Shown here: positions 58,003-64,000 of the stretch, one piece after another | Position numbering within the stretch: the first letter of the stretch is position 1 | Layout of the letters: each line of letters opens with the position of its first letter | Assembly (NCBI GenBank): GCA_017398765.1 | Contig: JAFQEY010000061.1 | Span: forward strand, 7,973 to 71,972 | From: Akkermansia sp. | Lineage (GTDB): Bacteria; Verrucomicrobiota; Verrucomicrobiia; Verrucomicrobiales; Akkermansiaceae | DNA: 64,000 nucleotides | Reading direction: 5' to 3' | Notes under the pieces: generated by a model | What the model was told of the DNA's origin: nothing | Database searches by the model: none | The model's input: the letters and a program-made list of their open reading frames with translations, nothing else | Translations under genes and position numbers: made by a program

Positions 58003-61000
58003 TTACTTCATCGGTTCAATGATGATGGGCACCTTGATTTCCGGCAGGTTTTCCGCTTTCACCGTGACGGTGGCAGTGCCGCTTTCTCCTCGCTTGCTTC
58101 GCACCACGGCCAGAATCCGCCCATTGAAGAAGCGCTGGTGGGTATCCTGCATGCTGTTCCAGTCAGTCGGGTCTCCATTGCAGAAGCCGACCAGCTCTGC
58201 CGGACCTTCGATGGAAAAGCTCACCTTACGGCTGTCGGTGGGGACAACGTTGCCGGCGGCATCCGTCAGAGAGAGGGAGACAGAAGAGATATCATAACCA
58301 TCACCGCTGATGGTTGAGCGATCAGGCGTTGCCTGAACCGCTGCAGCATTGCCGGTAGTCACGCGCTTGGCGGTGACCCAGTGTTTGCCGTTCTTTTTGA
58401 CTACCACTTCCACGGTGCCGGGTTCATAGACCACATCCTCCCAGGTGAAGCGGTATTGATTCTTGCTTACCACCAGAGACTTGTCTTTCTGAGAGAATGT
58501 CGGACCCTGACCGCGTTTGCGGACTCCCTGGCTCTTACCGTTGATGAAGAGTTCCGCTTCATCGCCGGAGGTGAACACCATCACCGGGGTTTTCTGACCC
58601 TCACGTCCGGGCCAGTTCCAGTGCGGCAGAATGTGAGCCTGAGGCTTGTCCGGGTTCCACTGACTCTGGTAGAGGTAGTAGATGTCTTTCGGGAAACCGG
58701 CCAGGTCGATAATGCCGAAGTAGGAGCTGCGGCTTACAGCTTTGCTGCCCATGGCTTCATACTCTTTCATGATGGCTTCTCTCTCTGCAGCCGGCAGGTG
58801 CTTGATATTGTTTTCAATGGTAGCATCCTGATTGTAGGGGGTGGGTTCACCGATATAGTCGAACCCGGTCCAGACATATTCGCCTGCCATATCTGGTGCT
58901 TTAGTGTGAGCATGCATCTCAATATCCGGGCAGGATCCCCAGTGCGTGCTGGCCAAACCGTATGCACTTACCTGATGCGGTACGGAACCGCTGGTCATGT
59001 AACCATCCCGCACGCCCCACTTCAGCGGGAAGTTGTACGTGTCACGTGTCCCCACACAGGAGCAGGTTTCCGAGCCGTAGTAGGGCATTTCAGGATATTT
59101 CAAACGGAACTTGGCGTAGAGGTGCGGCTTGTAGTTGAATCCGAACAAATCCACCGTTTCGGCAAACCCGTTGGTGTAGGCAGAATGCTCATTACACCCC
59201 ACGGTGTAGGGGCGGGTGACATCGTACTTTCGAATTTCATCACGCAGGGCGTAGGCTATACGGAAGTTCAGTGCGTTTACCTTTTCTGCATAGCTGACAG
59301 CCTCGTTCAATTCTTTCGGCGTTTTATAGGTCTTATCCTTATTTGCGCGGATTTTTTCTACATCCCACATGGACTGCTCCGGTACCTCGTTGCCTCCGCT
59401 CCATGCGATGATAGAGGGGTGGTTGCGGTCTCGCTGCATGAAGTTCTGCACATCTTTCTGCCACCATTCATCCCAGTACAGGTGATAACCGTTCACTTTA
59501 TCATATTTCTGGCGTTTCCAGATATCGAACAGTTCATCGATGACCAGAATGCCGTGCTTGTCACACAGGTCAAGCACCTCCGGTGCAGGCGGGTTGTGGG
59601 TCATGCGGATGGAGTTGCAGCCCATTTCCTTGAGTATCTCAATCTTGCGCTCGTAGGCACGCGTGTTGAATGCGGCTCCGAGAGCACCGAGGTCGTGGTG
59701 CTCGCACACCCCTTTGATTCTCACCTTTTTGCCATTGAGGTAGAAGCCGTCCTTACGCCACTCAGCGGTGCGTACACCAAAGCTTGTCTCCTTGTTATCA
59801 ATCTCTTTTCCGTTCATCAGTACAGACGTTTGCAACTTGTAGAGATTGGGGGATTCACAGCTCCAGAGACGGGGGGAGGGCAGGTGGATTTCCTGCTCCA
59901 CAGAAGCTTCTGTGCCGGGAGCCAGCGTGATGGTGGCAGGCACAGAAGCTGCTCCTTCCACACTCTGCATTACTGTCACTTCAGCAGCTTCATGACCGGT
60001 GTTCGTTACCGTAGTTTGAACCTTAACGGTGGCGTTTTCCGGTGTAATCTCAGGTGTGGTGATATAGGTGGGCCACTGAGTCAGGTGTACGGGACCTGTC
60101 TTTTCCAGCCATACGTGGCGGTAGATGCCTGCACCGGGATACCAGCGGGTGGAAAGAGGCAGGTTGCTTGCCATTACAGCCACCAGATTTTTCTCGCCCG
60201 GTTTCAGGAAGGGAGAGATATCTACACGGAATGAATTGTAGCCGTATGCCCACTCTCCCGCTTTTTGTCCATTCACATAGACTTGCGGGCGTGACATCAC
60301 ACCGTCAAAATCAAGATACCAACGGTTCTTTTCGGCATTAAAATCAGAAGGTACATCAAAATTCTTGCGGTACCACCCCCAGCCGTTCCACGGCAGCTTG
60401 CCTGTTTCATTCGGCTCGTTCTCCAGGAAAGGACTCTCAATGGCCCAGTCATGAGGAAGCCTTACTGCTTTGTAGCCATCCTCAGAAGCATCCACACGAG
60501 CATGACTGAGAGCATCGACTCCTCGCTGCACCTTGAGCTGTTTATCATTTACTCCGGTGAAGAGGACTTCGCGAATGCTTGCCCATGTGCGAACATCCGT
60601 ACCCCCATTCACACTGATGGTAACCTGTTTCACTTCTGTCGGTTCAGGCAGAACCACGAAGCTTGCTGCCTGCCCGCCGTTGTTGAAGCTGAATTCACAA
60701 TCCTTAGAAGCATCCTTACAATTGACCTTGATATTGATGTCAAAGTAGTTAGGCCTTTCCCAGTACACCATGAATAATTTTACAGGCTCAGAGAATCCGG
60801 GGGCTATCTTTAACACATTGCCGCTTTCCGGACCAGGTGCACACCAGCGGGTGTCCAGCTTACCATCTATAGCGTGAGAGGCAGGGTGCCCTCCCTGGTA
60901 TCCGTTGCACCAGGTCGGTGACCCGGCTTCCGCCGGATCTTCGCTCCCAAAATACTTAAACTTCCAGTCGAAGTCAAATGTCTCTCGCTCGCCTGCCTGC

Positions 61001-61050
61001 GCCGCAGCTACGCCGAGAGCAATGAGCGGTAGTATATGTTTTGCATTCAT
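58003..61050 (-). CDS. GH2 beta-galactosidase with F5/8-type-C (CBM32-like) insertion, secreted
   Basis: LPHDWAI, FDGV, YGYNSF, RWYPGAGIYR, GVCEHHDLG, RMTHNP, RDRNHPSII.WS.GNE, WTGFDYIGEPTPY; AIDGKLDTRW insert. Confidence 0.93.
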   Translation of the reverse strand: MNAKHILPLIALGVAAAQAGERETFDFDWKFKYFGSEDPAEAGSPTWCNGYQGGHPASHAIDGKLDTRWCAPGPESGNVLKIAPGFSEPVKLFMVYWERPNYFDINIKVNCKDASKDCEFSFNNGGQAASFVVLPEPTEVKQVTISVNGGTDVRTWASIREVLFTGVNDKQLKVQRGVDALSHARVDASEDGYKAVRLPHDWAIESPFLENEPNETGKLPWNGWGWYRKNFDVPSDFNAEKNRWYLDFDGVMSRPQVYVNGQKAGEWAYGYNSFRVDISPFLKPGEKNLVAVMASNLPLSTRWYPGAGIYRHVWLEKTGPVHLTQWPTYITTPEITPENATVKVQTTVTNTGHEAAEVTVMQSVEGAASVPATITLAPGTEASVEQEIHLPSPRLWSCESPNLYKLQTSVLMNGKEIDNKETSFGVRTAEWRKDGFYLNGKKVRIKGVCEHHDLGALGAAFNTRAYERKIEILKEMGCNSIRMTHNPPAPEVLDLCDKHGILVIDELFDIWKRQKYDKVNGYHLYWDEWWQKDVQNFMQRDRNHPSIIAWSGGNEVPEQSMWDVEKIRANKDKTYKTPKELNEAVSYAEKVNALNFRIAYALRDEIRKYDVTRPYTVGCNEHSAYTNGFAETVDLFGFNYKPHLYAKFRLKYPEMPYYGSETCSCVGTRDTYNFPLKWGVRDGYMTSGSVPHQVSAYGLASTHWGSCPDIEMHAHTKAPDMAGEYVWTGFDYIGEPTPYNQDATIENNIKHLPAAEREAIMKEYEAMGSKAVSRSSYFGIIDLAGFPKDIYYLYQSQWNPDKPQAHILPHWNWPGREGQKTPVMVFTSGDEAELFINGKSQGVRKRGQGPTFSQKDKSLVVSKNQYRFTWEDVVYEPGTVEVVVKKNGKHWVTAKRVTTGNAAAVQATPDRSTISGDGYDISSVSLSLTDAAGNVVPTDSRKVSFSIEGPAELVGFCNGDPTDWNSMQDTHQRFFNGRILAVVRSKRGESGTATVTVKAENLPEIKVPIIIEPMK

Positions 61051-61257
61051 GATGATAATGATGCCGCTGCACCATGCAGCAGAATTTGTTGTACCATATC
61101 ATATTTAAAGGCACATGGCAAGCTGAAAGGTGGCGAACTTATTTAATGTTATTGTTGGTTGCTGATTATGAAATGTTTATGTTGGTAATTTTTTTTATAT
61201 ACATAATTCCTGCGCAGAAAAATGCTGAAGAGTTCCTGCTGTCGTAAATAACAAATC

Positions 61258-61286
61258 TTGCCAAGATGTGAGCAGATGCGTATAAT
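61258..61286 (+). promoter_or_regulatory. Promoter (leaderless spacing)
   Basis: TTGCCA-17 nt-TATAAT, 6 nt before ATG 61293. Confidence 0.75.
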
Positions 61287-61292
61287 ACAGTC

Positions 61293-62150
61293 ATGAAGCG
61301 TTTGTGTGTGTTGTGGTGTTGCCTGTCGATTGCTGCTCTCGTTTCCTGCGAGCAGGAAAAAAAAGCGGAGCCGAAAACCGCGCAGGAGATGTATGAGTAT
61401 GCCAAAGCTCTGCTGAAGCCAAACATTGAGGGAGAGTCGTCTGATTTTGCGGGGGCGTTGCAATGGACTCGCCGCGCAGCGGAGCAAAACTGGCTGCCTG
61501 CTGTGTTGGATATGGGTGCTCTTTATATGTATGGTGGTAGGGGGGTGAAGCCGGATGCGGAAACTGCCCGTAAGTGGTACAACAAAGCCGTGGAGCTGGG
61601 AAGCAAAGAAGCTCATTGGTTTCTCGGCGTTCTGGATTATGAATCTGCGCACCATGTCGAAGCCGCGTTGAATCACTGGCAAATTGCGGCTGAAGCCGGC
61701 ATAGCTGATGCTCAGTATCGGCTCGGGCGTATCCTTTCTCAGAAAAAAGAAACCTTGCAGGAGGGTATACAGTGGTTGGAAAAAGCTGCCCGGCCAGGGC
61801 AGAAAGGTGGTGTGCCTCAGGCCTGTACTGCTCTTGCCAACCTTTACATGACCGGAACCAACGGCGCACCGAAAGATACTGCGAAAGCCGTTCAACTGTA
61901 CAAAGCGGCATCCGGCGGAGGTGATCCTTTGGCTCAGCTTGTATACGCTGAGCTTCTTCTCGCCGGTGCGGAGGGTGTGCCGCAGGATACTGAGAAAGGC
62001 ATGCAAATGCTCCGGCTTGCCGCAGGGCAGGATTATCCCCGCGCCATCGCCCGCCTCATTAACCTCTTGCGTAACAGCCGGGATGCGGAACAGAACGAAA
62101 AGGAAGCCGCAGCGTGGAACGAGCGGCTTGACCGTCTCAGGAAACAATAA
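61293..62150 (+). CDS. Sel1-like repeat lipoprotein
   Basis: Lipobox LVS|C; repeats such as MGALYMYGGRGVKPDAETARKWYNKAVELG. Confidence 0.9.
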   Translation: MKRLCVLWCCLSIAALVSCEQEKKAEPKTAQEMYEYAKALLKPNIEGESSDFAGALQWTRRAAEQNWLPAVLDMGALYMYGGRGVKPDAETARKWYNKAVELGSKEAHWFLGVLDYESAHHVEAALNHWQIAAEAGIADAQYRLGRILSQKKETLQEGIQWLEKAARPGQKGGVPQACTALANLYMTGTNGAPKDTAKAVQLYKAASGGGDPLAQLVYAELLLAGAEGVPQDTEKGMQMLRLAAGQDYPRAIARLINLLRNSRDAEQNEKEAAAWNERLDRLRKQ

Positions 62151-62319
62151 TAACCTCTACGCGTTGGTATATTTAGCTTTTTGCCCTATTTTTGACAGCT
62201 GAATTGATGTTTGTCGGGGGGGGCACAATGCGCCACATTGAATGACCACGTTTTCATTGTTTTTGTGTCCGTATCATGGGGCTCATTGTTGCATTCTGAG
62301 TTAAGACTACGCCCTCGCA

Positions 62320-62430
62320 TTATGTCACCCCATGCGGGGTTCCGTTTTTGTTTGTTCTGTTTGCCTCCGGGATTCCGCCGCTGCGCGGCTCTACACTCGG
62401 TCTATTTTATGTCGCCTCACGGTGCTCTGA
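62320..62430. repeat. Degenerate REP/REPIN-like palindromic element
   Basis: Two related units (TTATGTCACCCCATGCGGGGTTC and TTATGTCGCCTCACGGTGCTC) flank a GC-rich imperfect palindrome. Confidence 0.4.
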
Positions 62431-62660
62431 TTTTGCGGGCATTCGCCCGCAGAGCATTTCTGCAAATTGGTGCCTTCTCCTAATTGTTACAACGCGTAAC
62501 TCCTCTCTGTTTTAATTTACTGTTCTTTGTGTTCGCTGTGCGGATGCCCTGAAACGGCAGCCCGGGTTTCTTCCCGGGAAAAGAATTCCCTCTCCTGCCT
62601 CAGAAGCTCCAACGAAGAGGGAATTCAGTGAATTGTAATTATCCTGAAAGGGGTAGAAGA

Positions 62661-63512
62661 TTAATTTCTTCTGCGGCGCCTGACAAAGGCGGTCAAAGCC
62701 AGCAGACTCAGTGTGGCGGATGTCGGTTCGGGCACGCTTTGTGTTTTGCCTTTTACCCAGGAAAGCAAGATTCCTGTTCCATCCTTGGTTACCCAGTAGG
62801 AATCATTCCCCGCTTCTGCTGCCTGTTGAGCCTCCTGTTGGTTATTCACCTTTTGCCAACCCTCCGCTGCGTTGATGGTGATGGCTGTTTCTGTAGAATC
62901 AAAGTTCATGTTTGTTCCCAGAGTGAGGAGCCTTCGACTACCGCTGACAGCTTCTGTTTCCAACCTTGCTTCCAGTGATGCTATTTTGACTGTATAAGCG
63001 TCTCCGGTGGATGAGGTCAGGTTCATGACACCGGTTTTACCCAGATTGCAGAAAAAACCGTCACCTCCCTGATTCTTGGTGTATGCCAGATTAAAGACCC
63101 CTTCACAGTTTATTATCACTAGACCTCCATCATTACCATCTGTCGTATAGCTGTTGAATGTCAGTATGGAATCAGCATCTATATCCAACTGCCCTCCACC
63201 CTGAAATTTTTTGATTTTAGCAACCGTAAGGTTAGATGAAATGAGCTTCAGTTTCAGCGACCACCCCTCCAGCGTATCTATGCTGCCGCTTGCATGATTC
63301 AGCGTTATCTGATCCCACTTCCCGGAATCGGGAATTCCGGGACCGTAGCTTCCCCAGTGCCCGTTGTTTCCTCCGAATGAGGTATTTCCGGTAATAGACC
63401 AACTGAATTGATTATTCCAGGCGGAACTCGTTATTTCTCCTCCAATCCAGACGAATGCTGCCTGCGCGGCTCCGGAGAGTAGAGCGAGTACGGCTAATAT
63501 TGTTTTTTTCAT
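62661..63512 (-). CDS. PEP-CTERM surface protein
   Basis: Signal peptide MKKTILAVLALLSGAAQA; C-terminal VPEPTSATLSLLALTAFVRRRRRN. Confidence 0.92.
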   Translation of the reverse strand: MKKTILAVLALLSGAAQAAFVWIGGEITSSAWNNQFSWSITGNTSFGGNNGHWGSYGPGIPDSGKWDQITLNHASGSIDTLEGWSLKLKLISSNLTVAKIKKFQGGGQLDIDADSILTFNSYTTDGNDGGLVIINCEGVFNLAYTKNQGGDGFFCNLGKTGVMNLTSSTGDAYTVKIASLEARLETEAVSGSRRLLTLGTNMNFDSTETAITINAAEGWQKVNNQQEAQQAAEAGNDSYWVTKDGTGILLSWVKGKTQSVPEPTSATLSLLALTAFVRRRRRN

Positions 63513-63536
63513 GATGGTAAGATAAGGGGGGGATTG

Positions 63537-63998
63537 TTACATGCGTCGGCGTTTTCCTGCCAGAGCTGCCAAGACGAGTATGCTGAGTGTAGCAGAAGTC
63601 GGTTCCGGAACAGCAGTTCTACTGTGCATCATCAGAGGAGAAGTCTTCAGCATCGCCGGCTCTTCTGTTTTTTGATAAATGCGAACATAATCAATCTCAT
63701 AGTCCTTGCCATCTCTGTCCATCAGGTTACCGTCATCATCATAATTGTTGTTGATGCTGTTTTGTAAGCCGACCTCATTCATCATAGCATCCGCATTGTA
63801 ACCAACCCAACTGCCGCCAATTTGCTGGGTAAGACGCAGGCGGAACGTATTACCCGGGATATCGTGTGCGGGAAGTCCGGTCCAGCTGACCACCTGATTC
63901 CCATCCAGATACATGGTGATGCATCCCTCCTCCCACAGCATACCGTATGTGTGCCAGTCTGCGCGCGTCCCTTTGTAGTCGACACAGGTTGTATGGTA
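63537..63998 (-). CDS. PEP-CTERM protein with GH16-like C-terminal half; 5' end beyond the window
   Basis: DWHTYGMLWEEGCITMYLDG, LRLTQQIGGSW, YEIDYVRIYQ, then VPEPTSATLSILVLAALAGKRRRM. Confidence 0.8.
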   Translation of the reverse strand, partial: YHTTCVDYKGTRADWHTYGMLWEEGCITMYLDGNQVVSWTGLPAHDIPGNTFRLRLTQQIGGSWVGYNADAMMNEVGLQNSINNNYDDDGNLMDRDGKDYEIDYVRIYQKTEEPAMLKTSPLMMHSRTAVPEPTSATLSILVLAALAGKRRRM

Positions 63999-64000
63999 TG

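Noticed and set aside
58381..60234. 617-aa ORF on the + strand
   Set aside because: Antisense shadow of the GH2 gene; no motifs; expected from codon bias.
62216..62223. G8 run as a second phase-variable promoter
   Set aside because: No correctly spaced -35/-10 pair, and no credible downstream + strand gene.
62211..62483. 90-aa ORF in the last intergenic region
   Set aside because: Overlaps palindromic repeats, TTG start, no protein-like features.
1..64000. Prophage, IS, integron, tRNA or rRNA
   Set aside because: No integrase, transposase, phage structural gene or structural-RNA signature recognised by eye; a covariance-model scan would be needed to exclude small RNAs.

Overview
A densely coding 64-kb chromosomal segment, most consistent with an Akkermansia-like member of Verrucomicrobiota. 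That placement is inferred from two PEP-CTERM proteins, mucin-type glycosidases (GH109, GH89, GH2, a GH16-like enzyme), Sel1 proteins and the gene content. It holds about 50 CDSs, mostly housekeeping (ilvE, rarA, panC, folP, glgP, nadD, hflX, uvrD/pcrA, coaD, iscS), envelope genes (lptD-like, OlsF-like acyltransferase, EptA-like, L,D-transpeptidase, M23) and a PilB-PilB-PilC-pseudopilin operon plus ComEC and ComM-like genes. I recognised no rRNA, tRNA, CRISPR array, integrase or transposase. Most notable: (1) a four-gene operon with an FHA/GYF-like, Zn-ribbon TRAFAC GTPase and a GAP1-N2-like membrane protein, resembling GTPase-centred conflict systems, followed by a metallophosphoesterase and an Sfp-type PPTase; (2) an in-frame CoaE-Rho fusion; (3) an apparently catalytically dead NadE-like protein at the left edge; (4) many sigma70 promoters 6-7 nt upstream of start codons, a leaderless-mRNA signature; (5) a consensus promoter with a G8 tract in its spacer; (6) an unannotated 45-aa lipoprotein upstream of hflX. 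All family assignments come from motif recognition by eye; no searches were run.
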